From Gemmatimonadota bacterium (GTDB lineage: Bacteria; Gemmatimonadota; Gemmatimonadetes; Longimicrobiales; Gaopeijiaceae), in NCBI GenBank assembly GCA_039589315.1, contig JBDHHQ010000013.1, positions 32,001 through 96,000 on the forward strand: 64,000 nt of DNA, given 5' to 3'. Position numbers and translations under genes: made by a program. Of this stretch, positions 29,706 through 37,411 are shown piece after piece. Every line of letters begins with the position of its first letter. Within the stretch, counting starts at the first letter, position 1. The notes beneath the pieces were generated by a model. It made no database searches, was not told the origin of the DNA, and saw only the letters and a list, made by a program, of their open reading frames with translations.

Positions 29706-32207
29706 TCAGTTGTCGACCCCTGGCCCCCGCAGCGTCGAGTGTGCGCCCCGGTCCTCCTTCTCGGATCTGACGTCCCGGAGCAGATCCTGGACCCTACTCG
29801 AGAGAACCTCGGCCGGAAACGGCTTGTCGAGTATGGGATCCCGCTCGTGTGGAGCACCGGAGCCGGACCCCGTTTCGCCTGAATCGCCCGTGTAACCCGA
29901 CACGAAGAGTACCGGCAGGTCTGGCCGGGTCGCCCGGAGCCGGTCCACGAGAGCACGCCCACTCATCCAGGGCATGACGACGTCGGTCACGACGAGGTCC
30001 ACCTCCTCATGTCGTTGGTCCCACAGCCGCAGCGCCTCGATGCCGTTTTCGGCCACGAGCACTTCGTACCCGTCGGCCGTCAGGACACGCCGAGCGAAGT
30101 CCCGGATCGCACCATCGTCTTCGACGATGAGGACGGTGCTCGAGGGCCTCCGGGTGTCCTCGGTCGCGGAGCCGTCGCTCGCGCCCTGCTCCGGGCTCGT
30201 CAACGGAAGGAGGACGCGGACCGTCGTTCCCTCCCCGGGAGCCGACGAGAGCCACACGTACCCACCGCTCTGTTTCACGACACCATACACCGTGGAGAGT
30301 CCCAACCCTGAGGCGGGACGGTCCTCCTTGGTCGTGAAGAAGGGCTCGAAGGCATGCTCTCGAGTTGCCGGATCCATGCCGACTCCGTCGTCCGTCACCA
30401 CCAGAGAGACGTAGGGCCCCACCTCCACCGGATACCTGAATTCCCGCGCCTCCGCCTCCGTCATTTCAACGGTGTCGGTGCGGATCGAGATGTGACCCTC
30501 GGGAAACACGGCCTCCTGCGCGTTCCTCACGAGTTGAACCAACGCTTGCTCAATCTGCGCGGGGTCGACGCTGATCAGGTCCGGGGCCGCGTTCAGCTCG
30601 AGGCTCAGCTCCGGCCCTTCGCCCATCGTCGAGCGGAGCGTGGGCTCCATGGCCCAGATGATCTCGTTGAGCCCGGTCACTCGCGGACGGAGCACCTGGC
30701 GTCGCGTGTAGGCGAGGAGCTGCTGGACCAGCTTCGCCGCTCGGTCGGCGGCCTCCTCGATGGCGGTAAGGTCCTCGGCAAGAGGATCGTCACCCTCCAA
30801 CTCCCGTCGCATCAGCTCCGTGTAGCCGGAAATCGTGGTCAGGCAGTTGTTGAACTCGTGGGCGACGCCGCCCGCCACGCGACCGACGGCCTGGGCGCGC
30901 TCGGCCTGGAGCGTTCGCTCCCCCGACTGCCGGGGACCCCCGAGCTTCGTGGAGATGCTCACGATTCCGGTCGGCTCGCCATCCGCGTCGAAGAGGGGGG
31001 CTCCCGACAGAGACACCGGCACGGTGGTGCCGTCTCTCCTGCGGACGCGGATCTCCCCCGACCAGCCGTCGCCGGACATCATACGCTGCATGGCTTCGGT
31101 CGCCTGCTCCGGGGACGTCACGGCGTGCGCCGTCTCGGCCAGGTCCCGGCCCAGGGCCTCCTCCCTCGACCATCCATACAGCCGTTCGGCGGCTCGATTC
31201 CAATAGACGATCGTCCCATCCAGGTCCACCGCGACCACCGCCTCGCCCACCGCGTCCAGGAGCCGGGCCTCCAGGCCCTGCTGGCCCGCGATGCGCGCCC
31301 GGTCCAGTGCCTCGCTCAGGGCTGTCTCGGCCGCGGTCCTGGCCGCTTCGGCCTCGACGACCGCGCTGATGGCCCGCTCCTGCGCCTCGTCGCTCGCGAC
31401 CCGCCTTCGTCGCGCCTGGTCGAGCGCCTGCCTCAAGGAATCGACCTCGTCTTCCAGGCTCTGACGGACCGTCGTCAACTCCTCCTCGAGGGATCCACGC
31501 GCCGCTGCGACCTCGGCCGCCAGCGCTTCCCGCATGGTTTCCAGCTCAGCTTCATGCCCCTCCTGGACCGCTGCGACCTCGGCCTCCAGGGCCTCGCGAA
31601 CGACTGCGATCTCGGCCTCCAGGGCCTGAGCCCGCGCGCGCTCCTGGGCCCGGAGGGACTCCCCGGCGAGGAGCAGGCCCAGCTCTCCCGCCACCGCCTC
31701 TCCGAAGGGTACGTCTCGGGCATCGTAGGGCCTCTCGGTCTCGAAGCGCGCCAGAGTCAGCACGCCCAGTAAGGTGCCCTCGTGTCCCACGGGCAACGCC
31801 AGATAGCTGCGTGGCCCCAGGAGCGCGGCCGGAAGTCGGCCGCCCCCGGCACCGTGGGCCCCCGGGGCCGGCCCCACCTCCGAGACGATGGGCACACCGC
31901 CCTCGAAAGCCCTGGCGATCACGCTCCCCGGGGCTGTCATCCGCTCCCGGCCGTCGCTGAGAAACCGCTCGAGAACCGACTCCAAGCCCTCGTCCTGGTG
32001 GCGAAACGCGCCTACGGAGAATCCGTCGTCTACCGACGCCACGTGGAGGAAGGCGTAGTCGGCCGCCCGAGGCACGAGGAGACCCAGCGCGAGACGGATC
32101 GCGCTGGCGGCACCGACGGACAGGACGCCCTCCTCGCCCACCGGCTGTCGCCCGCCGGAGCGGGCGAGCGGCTGTTCTGGGCTGGTGGAGTCTCTATCTG
32201 CGGTCAT
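29706..32207 (-). CDS. Hybrid sensor histidine kinase (GAF, coiled coil, PAS, HisKA, HATPase, receiver)
   Basis: YWNRAAERLYG (PAS), VAHEFNN, FEPFFTTK, GLGLS, TDVVMP; start could be 32267. Confidence 0.92.
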   Translation of the reverse strand: MTADRDSTSPEQPLARSGGRQPVGEEGVLSVGAASAIRLALGLLVPRAADYAFLHVASVDDGFSVGAFRHQDEGLESVLERFLSDGRERMTAPGSVIARAFEGGVPIVSEVGPAPGAHGAGGGRLPAALLGPRSYLALPVGHEGTLLGVLTLARFETERPYDARDVPFGEAVAGELGLLLAGESLRAQERARAQALEAEIAVVREALEAEVAAVQEGHEAELETMREALAAEVAAARGSLEEELTTVRQSLEDEVDSLRQALDQARRRRVASDEAQERAISAVVEAEAARTAAETALSEALDRARIAGQQGLEARLLDAVGEAVVAVDLDGTIVYWNRAAERLYGWSREEALGRDLAETAHAVTSPEQATEAMQRMMSGDGWSGEIRVRRRDGTTVPVSLSGAPLFDADGEPTGIVSISTKLGGPRQSGERTLQAERAQAVGRVAGGVAHEFNNCLTTISGYTELMRRELEGDDPLAEDLTAIEEAADRAAKLVQQLLAYTRRQVLRPRVTGLNEIIWAMEPTLRSTMGEGPELSLELNAAPDLISVDPAQIEQALVQLVRNAQEAVFPEGHISIRTDTVEMTEAEAREFRYPVEVGPYVSLVVTDDGVGMDPATREHAFEPFFTTKEDRPASGLGLSTVYGVVKQSGGYVWLSSAPGEGTTVRVLLPLTSPEQGASDGSATEDTRRPSSTVLIVEDDGAIRDFARRVLTADGYEVLVAENGIEALRLWDQRHEEVDLVVTDVVMPWMSGRALVDRLRATRPDLPVLFVSGYTGDSGETGSGSGAPHERDPILDKPFPAEVLSSRVQDLLRDVRSEKEDRGAHSTLRGPGVDN
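31430..31630 (-). repeat. 33-bp (11-aa) tandem coding repeat in the kinase coiled coil
   Basis: CTGCGA(C/T)CTCGGCC.CCAG at 31505, 31571, 31604; ALEAEIAVVRE/ALEAEVAAVQE/GHEAELETMRE/ALAAEVAAARG/SLEEELTTVRQ/SLEDEVDSLRQ. Confidence 0.8.
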
Positions 32208-32356
32208 GCCGGCTCTGAAGATCGTTCGCGTGGACCCGCGAGGGAACCGACGAGCTCCCTCGATCACAGAAGTCCCCCCAAATACAGTGGACTCCTATAC
32301 AGTCATGCAAGAGCCGCGCCGGCACCGCGCGTGGGGAACGATGACGCCAGGGCAAA

Positions 32357-32704
32357 CTACGACTGAGATTCGCTGGTGACGTCGGATTCCCACAGGCCCA
32401 TCAGATACCTCTCATAGCGGTGGGGGTCGGCTCGGTAGTCCTCGAGCCAACTCTCGTAGGAGGGAAGGGCCAGCTTGCGAGACACGGTTTCCGTGGCGAG
32501 TTGGACGGCGCGACCATAGGACAGCTTCTGCTCCTCCCCCGATTCCCGAGCGGCGGTCTGCGCCAGCACGAAGATCTCGTCGGGGGTGAGAAGCAGAAGC
32601 GTGTCCGCAACCTGGGCCGAACAGTAGTCGTGGTACTTCGCCCGGAGCTGGGCCTCGGGCTCACCTCGCCTACCGTCGTCGCTTTTCCTCGTCCGCTCAC
32701 TCAC
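32357..32704 (-). CDS. Hypothetical protein, single unknown domain A
   Basis: LRAKYHDYCSAQV...LALPSYESWLEDY; paralogous to parts of 33467-34072 and 35411-36094. Confidence 0.85.
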   Translation of the reverse strand: MSERTRKSDDGRRGEPEAQLRAKYHDYCSAQVADTLLLLTPDEIFVLAQTAARESGEEQKLSYGRAVQLATETVSRKLALPSYESWLEDYRADPHRYERYLMGLWESDVTSESQS

Positions 32705-32828
32705 GCTCAGCCCCCCAAGGACCGCTGCGTGGTTCGGCTAGCCCGCCCCCTGACGAGCCCCGACACCAGGAGGGTTGATCGCCTACGGTTAACCCTGAAC
32801 GGAGGAAAGCGTCAAGGATTCTATGTGC

Positions 32829-33032
32829 TCAGGGCACCGATGGGTGGGAGCCCATGTCCGCCCCGGAAACACTCTGCTGCTCCCTGAGATGACGGTAGAT
32901 CGATCGGCGGGTCAGTCCGTACAGCACGACCCGGCTGAGGAACTCAGGATCGGTCCGCTGGACCTCTTCGGCCTGAGCCGCAACATCCCGGGGAAGGCGG
33001 ACATTCAGCTGTACAGAACACGTTTCCCACAT
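32829..33032 (-). CDS. Small ribbon-helix-helix-like protein
   Basis: GAGGA RBS; VQLNVRLP strand then helices (RDVAAQAEEV / PEFLSRVVLYGL); own sigma70-like promoter. Confidence 0.7.
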   Translation of the reverse strand: MWETCSVQLNVRLPRDVAAQAEEVQRTDPEFLSRVVLYGLTRRSIYRHLREQQSVSGADMGSHPSVP

Positions 33033-33149
33033 GGACGTTCCTCGCCTGATCGACGGTCAAAAGTCAAGGAAAATGTAAAGTCGACGCGCAGTCGACAGCC
33101 GCCCGTCCGAGCCGGACGATGTGGGGATCCCTGTTGCTGCGGCGGGATC

Positions 33150-33182
33150 ATAATAAGAAGGGTTTTGGACCGGCGCAACCCT
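33150..33182 (-). promoter_or_regulatory. Sigma70-type promoter of RHH-like gene overlapped by AGGGTT-N12-AACCCT inverted repeat
   Basis: TTGCGC(33178-33173)-N17-TATTAT(33155-33150); AGGGTT 33159-33164, AACCCT 33177-33182. Confidence 0.6.
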
Positions 33183-33466
33183 CTTCTCTATCTCCGCCCC
33201 AGAAAAGGGTTTATCCGTAACTTCATATATCACAATGCGTTAGAGAATCTGCCATTTTCCCATATCCAGGTGTTCCGAAGCGGATTGCCGAGTCGATTTT
33301 TCGGGATTTTTTTCCTGAAAACTCAAGCGGGATTTGAACTTTCGGGATGTGCAGGGCAGAAATTCGCCTTCGAGTCGTTGCACGTTTTTTACGAAAAATG
33401 CCCTTCGCAGAAGCGGGCCGGGCAAGGCCGATGGGCCCGGGGAGCCGAGGAGGATTCCGTGACCGA

Positions 33467-34072
33467 CTAGGACGGAAGAGAGGACCGCAGAAAGGCCCGC
33501 AGCGTCTCTGGCTCGAAGCCCAGGAACCGCTCCTGGATGATCCCGGCCGAATCCTCGCAGAAGATGTCGGCGGTACTGAACTTGGTGCCGGCGCCGTTCC
33601 AGAAGAGCATGTATCCGCGCCAGACGTCGCCATCGTCGAACACGCGCAGCTCTACGTCCCAGGTGGAGTCGCGGTAGGCCACCGAGCGGCCCTCGATCGT
33701 GACGGGTTCGCCTCGGGTGCTCCCGCCCGGCGGTTCGAGATCGTCATCCAGATAGGCGCCGCGGTTTCTTCGGAAGTCCGCCGCCCACACGTGGAACGGC
33801 GGAAGCGGCAGGATCTCGCCGCAGTAGCGCCGCAGGCTGGCCATGGGATCCTTGCTCTCATGCTCGCCCCGCGCGGCCGCCCACTCCCGGGCCTGGCCAT
33901 ACAGACTCCGTACGGCATCCCGTGGCAGCACCGAGAGCAGCATCGACAACTGACGCTCCCGGTACCATTGATAGCGCTGCCGGAGCATGGGCGGGGGATA
34001 CAGCGGCTGCCCCGGCCCGCGGCGCCAGCCGTGCCGCAGGTCTTCCTTACCGCCGCGCTCGAGCTCGGACAT
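33467..34072 (-). CDS. Hypothetical protein, domain order A-B
   Basis: LRQRYQWYRERQL..LPLPPFHVWAADF (A) then TW..WRGY..TADIF.E (B); GAGGAGG RBS. Confidence 0.88.
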   Translation of the reverse strand: MSELERGGKEDLRHGWRRGPGQPLYPPPMLRQRYQWYRERQLSMLLSVLPRDAVRSLYGQAREWAAARGEHESKDPMASLRRYCGEILPLPPFHVWAADFRRNRGAYLDDDLEPPGGSTRGEPVTIEGRSVAYRDSTWDVELRVFDDGDVWRGYMLFWNGAGTKFSTADIFCEDSAGIIQERFLGFEPETLRAFLRSSLPS

Positions 34073-34084
34073 GGTCGGGCCTCC

Positions 34085-35002
34085 TCAGTGCACCCGGTGC
34101 CGGGAGGCCGGTCCCGGCCGCCGGACGGGTATGCTCCGGGTGCGCGACTCACGCAGGTGGAGTCGGGCCAGCGTCTCCCTCGGACCGAAGGTACGAAGCT
34201 GGTGATCGAGTGAGTTGAACCGATCGACTTCGAACCGTGCGAGGAGCTGAGAGAGGCCGTCCCGCATCCGCCGAAGGACGCCCTTGGCCTCGGAGAGGGT
34301 GAGGGGCAGGGGGAACCGGACCTGGTATTCGACCGACACTGCACCCGCCTCCGAGAGGACGCGTCGCACGTCCTCGGCCGCGAACGCCTGACCCAGGGCA
34401 TCCTCGAGGAGTGGGTCCGGGCCGTGTGAAGCCGTGCGGAAGAGGAGTGCGGCACCATCGTAGTCGAGGTGCGCCCTGGCGAGGCTGCCGGGCCCCATCA
34501 GGATTCGCACCGACGTGCCTTCGTGCAGGTCGAGGTCGCGGCAGATGTCCCGAAACCCGATGCGTAGGATGGAAGCCCGCGTGAGCGGACCAAATCCCAC
34601 GCGGCCCAGCACCGATACGGCGAGACCGAAGCAGTATCTGCCGAGCGCCCGCGCCGAGGCATCGGCCTCCGATGCGGCGGCTCGGCGCAGCAGGTCATGG
34701 ACGTGTTCCAGCGTCGGCTCGTAGACCCAATCCAGGACGACCAGCTCGGCGCTCAGGTCCAACCGTTTTACCGCGGCGCTCCCCAGGTCGATGACCTCGG
34801 CGGAGGAGGCGTACCGTCCCTCCAGCACCAGGCCCAATCCGATGTCCTCGATGCGCCCCCCCGGCACGTGTACCTCGTGCACGTCTCGATACTGCACGAC
34901 AGCTCGGGTAAGCGGGAGCTCGCAGACTCCGGGGACGTCCGCCATAGCCTCCGGGCGGCGCTCGGGCTGGAGACCGGTATGAGCACTCTGTTCCGACACC
35001 AT
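34085..35002 (-). CDS. Hypothetical protein (~305 aa), no recognisable family
   Basis: Long protein-like ORF ending 12 bp before the A-B gene; start uncertain (35002 or 34945). Confidence 0.75.
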   Translation of the reverse strand: MVSEQSAHTGLQPERRPEAMADVPGVCELPLTRAVVQYRDVHEVHVPGGRIEDIGLGLVLEGRYASSAEVIDLGSAAVKRLDLSAELVVLDWVYEPTLEHVHDLLRRAAASEADASARALGRYCFGLAVSVLGRVGFGPLTRASILRIGFRDICRDLDLHEGTSVRILMGPGSLARAHLDYDGAALLFRTASHGPDPLLEDALGQAFAAEDVRRVLSEAGAVSVEYQVRFPLPLTLSEAKGVLRRMRDGLSQLLARFEVDRFNSLDHQLRTFGPRETLARLHLRESRTRSIPVRRPGPASRHRVH

Positions 35003-35066
35003 AGGATCACGCCCCGTCCCAACGAGCTCGACCGGGCACGGGGGCATCACAGGACACAAGAGTACC

Positions 35067-35183
35067 TTGACACTCGATCCTGGGCACCCTAAGCTTTCGT
35101 CAGCCATGAAGAAAGCAGCGGGCCGCCAACCCGTGCCTCGAGCGAGAGTCTCCGGAGCCACCCGGACGCTCTCGCTTTTGTTT
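35067..35183 (+). ncRNA. Putative ~80-nt small RNA or terminated leader with its promoter
   Basis: TTGACA(35067-72)-N17-TAAGCT(35090-95); hairpin AGCGAGAG-TC-TCCGG/CCGGA-CG-CTCTCGCT (35141-35176) followed by TTTGTTT. Confidence 0.5.
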
Positions 35184-35410
35184 GTCCATGTCCGGCTCCG
35201 CTACCTCCACGGAGCCCACGGCGGCTTCGAGGGCGCCGGCCTTCATGAACCATCCTGGCGACGGCACGCCCGAGAGCAGAGTCGATCGCCCCGGAGGCGT
35301 CGACCTCCAGGGCGAGGGCTTCAGCATAACAATGTATTTCCGTCAACCGCAAGGAAGTCCTCATTGGCTTCGCAACGTACACGCCGTCCTTCCCCGGCAG
35401 CGAGAATGCC

Positions 35411-36094
35411 ATGACACCGGACCAAGCTCACCGGCGCTCCGTCGGCTACCTGGAGCAGGATGACGAGACGTGGGCCTGCTTTCTCGTCACCTTCATCGGG
35501 CAAGACCAACGTTGGCGTGGCTATTTCTCTTTTCGGCCCACGGACGGCGGAATTCAAGAGGCCGAAATACGCACCGCGGACATCTTTCTCGAGGCGACCG
35601 AGTCCGCCATCGACCACAAGGCCCGGAGCCTGGGGAGCCCGCTCCTTTCTGGCCTCCTCTCTTCGGCGCTTCACACCCGCAAACGCTACCGCGACTCCTC
35701 CAGCCAACTGCGAAGGCGCTTCCGATCGCTGCTTTCGGAGAGCTCCCGCGAGGCGGCGGGCACCTGGATGGAGTCCGGCGACCAGGCACCGACCGAGCTG
35801 GACCTGGCGCGGCTCCAGTCACTGTACGCGTCCTACCGGCTGGATCAGGTGGCCCACTTCATCGCCCTGGTGGAGCCGCGGCACTTCGATCAGGCTGTCG
35901 ACCGGATTCTCTCGGGCGCCAGCGTCGACTTTGGAGCGAAGGACCGCATCCAGTTCGCGATGATGGTCGTGGAGCGCATCGAGAAGCTGCTGCTGCTGCC
36001 CCCCTTCGATGTCTGGGCCGAGGACTATCTCGCGAACCGGGAGGAGTACGCTCTTTACGCGCACACGCTCCACCGAGAGGGGCGGCTTCCCTGA
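35411..36094 (+). CDS. Hypothetical protein, domain order B-A
   Basis: TW..WRGY..TADIF.E (B) then [26 protein letters not shown] (A). Confidence 0.88.
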   Translation: MTPDQAHRRSVGYLEQDDETWACFLVTFIGQDQRWRGYFSFRPTDGGIQEAEIRTADIFLEATESAIDHKARSLGSPLLSGLLSSALHTRKRYRDSSSQLRRRFRSLLSESSREAAGTWMESGDQAPTELDLARLQSLYASYRLDQVAHFIALVEPRHFDQAVDRILSGASVDFGAKDRIQFAMMVVERIEKLLLLPPFDVWAEDYLANREEYALYAHTLHREGRLP

Positions 36095-36233
36095 GTCGAC
36101 CGCCACGCACCGATCGTTGAGCCACGGTCTCGGGCGCCGCCCCCGCTCCCGTTTCACCTTGCTCCCCTCGCTTGGCTCGCTTAGCTTTCAAAGCTTGCGA
36201 TTTGCGGTGTCGAACCTGAGGAGCGTGATACCC

Positions 36234-36428
36234 TTGGAAGTACTGGTACAGGACAACGAAAGCCTCGAGCGCGCCTTGCGCCGCTTCAAGCGGAAGGTCC
36301 AGCGGTCCGGGCTCTATTCGGAGCTCCGGAAGCGGCGTTTCTACGAGAAGCCCAGCGCGCAGCGGAAGCGGAAAAGGGAAGCCGCCATCCGCCGCGAGCG
36401 TAGACGCCAACGCCGAAACCGCTCGTAA
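36234..36428 (+). CDS. rpsU: 30S ribosomal protein S21
   Basis: [40 protein letters not shown] start (GTG 36225 alternative). Confidence 0.96.
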   Translation: MEVLVQDNESLERALRRFKRKVQRSGLYSELRKRRFYEKPSAQRKRKREAAIRRERRRQRRNRS

Positions 36429-36476
36429 CCTCTCGCCTGCCCGCCGCTGGCGAGTAGGCGGGTCCCGCGAGAAAGC

Positions 36477-36513
36477 CGAACGGCTCCCGTCCGGAAGGGG
36501 CGGGAGCCGTTCG
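36477..36513. terminator. Hairpin between convergent rpsU and AraC-like gene
   Basis: CGAACGGCTCCCGTCC-GGAAG-GGGCGGGAGCCGTTCG. Confidence 0.7.
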
Positions 36514-36535
36514 TCGTAGGTCCACAGCACCGATC

Positions 36536-37333
36536 TTATGCCGCCGTCGGCCTCCGTAGGAAGATGGGCGACAGCTCCAGCCAGCCCCTCCGAGCATCCC
36601 GACTCAGAAACTGCTGCGCGAAGCTGACGGTCAGAGCCTCACGCCGGCCGGGTTGGCGCAACTCTCCGGGCGTGCTCCCCGTCACTGCCTGAACGGCGCG
36701 ACAGAGGTTGCCGCCAGAGGTGAATCCCAGCCGGAAGGCCGTCTCCCCGACGGTGGTGGCCCCCTCCCCGAGCACATGAGCGGCGGCGAGTGCCCGAAGC
36801 CACCTCAGGTGCGACGAGGGGGACCGGAGGCCGCGGCGCCGAAACCGAGCCTTCAGCGCGCCCCTGCTCAGACCGGTGAGGCGGGCGACGGCGTGAAGAT
36901 CCGCGTACTGCGCCGGGTACTCCATGACGCGCCGGGCCAGGCCCCGGAACGCGTGGGGCAGCGTGTGACCGGAGACCGAGACGAGGTCGTGAAAGAGCCG
37001 ATCGACCCACGACCCATCGCCCGCGGTCCGATGGATCAGCCTTCTCAGGTCCCGCACGTCGTCCACGCCGGTCACTACGAGGGATCCTGCGTCGCGGGCG
37101 CCGAACAGGCCCTGCGGAGAGACCAGACGCAACACCGGAACCTCCGGTCCTGCGGCGCGGAACGACACGCTTCGGGAAGCCGAATCGGGCTCGTCGAGGA
37201 CCAGCAAGCGCGGAAAGCCCCGGCGAAGGGCGTCCCGAGCTCGATCCCCCTCGAAGAAGACGTCCTCCTCGGGCATGGCCGCCGCGCGCACGCCCGAGTG
37301 CAGCTCCGGGCGTCGCAGGAACGCTACGATCAT
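36536..37333 (-). CDS. AraC-type HTH transcriptional regulator
   Basis: VARLTGLSRGALKARF..SP..LRWLR and TAFRLGFTSGGNLCR..TGSTP double HTH. Confidence 0.8.
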   Translation of the reverse strand: MIVAFLRRPELHSGVRAAAMPEEDVFFEGDRARDALRRGFPRLLVLDEPDSASRSVSFRAAGPEVPVLRLVSPQGLFGARDAGSLVVTGVDDVRDLRRLIHRTAGDGSWVDRLFHDLVSVSGHTLPHAFRGLARRVMEYPAQYADLHAVARLTGLSRGALKARFRRRGLRSPSSHLRWLRALAAAHVLGEGATTVGETAFRLGFTSGGNLCRAVQAVTGSTPGELRQPGRREALTVSFAQQFLSRDARRGWLELSPIFLRRPTAA

Positions 37334-37411
37334 CCACTCGCCCCCGAAGGATGGTGGCCTGGAAGCCAAACCTCCAGGCTCCGATCGAGGACCCGGCGGG
37401 GGGTCACCCCA

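Noticed and set aside
32282..32303. ATACAGT direct repeat upstream of the kinase (also at 47391)
   Set aside because: Only 7 bp and probably reflects -10 element context; too weak to call an operator.
32357..33032. Type II toxin-antitoxin pair (RHH antitoxin plus downstream gene)
   Set aside because: Downstream protein has no PIN/RelE/MazF/HicA features, is 124 bp away with its own promoter-like sequence, and is paralogous to the other A-domain proteins.
33053..33081. dif site (AAATGTAAAGT resembles a XerD arm); similar partial look-alikes at 35320-35348 and 63335-63357
   Set aside because: No matching XerC arm at the correct 6-bp spacing in any of them.
33033..33466. oriC in the AT-rich spacer
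   Set aside because: No convincing DnaA boxes (best TTATCCGTA has two mismatches), no dnaA nearby, and a clear gene promoter explains part of it. Whole-replicon GC skew is needed to exclude it fully.
32823..33470. 215-aa plus-strand ORF across the AT-rich spacer
   Set aside because: Atypical codon composition, antisense to the RHH-like gene and its promoter, no RBS.
36481..36511. SRP RNA-like CCGGAAGG loop
   Set aside because: Near-perfect short hairpin between convergent genes without the CAGG/AGCA internal loop; better explained as a terminator.
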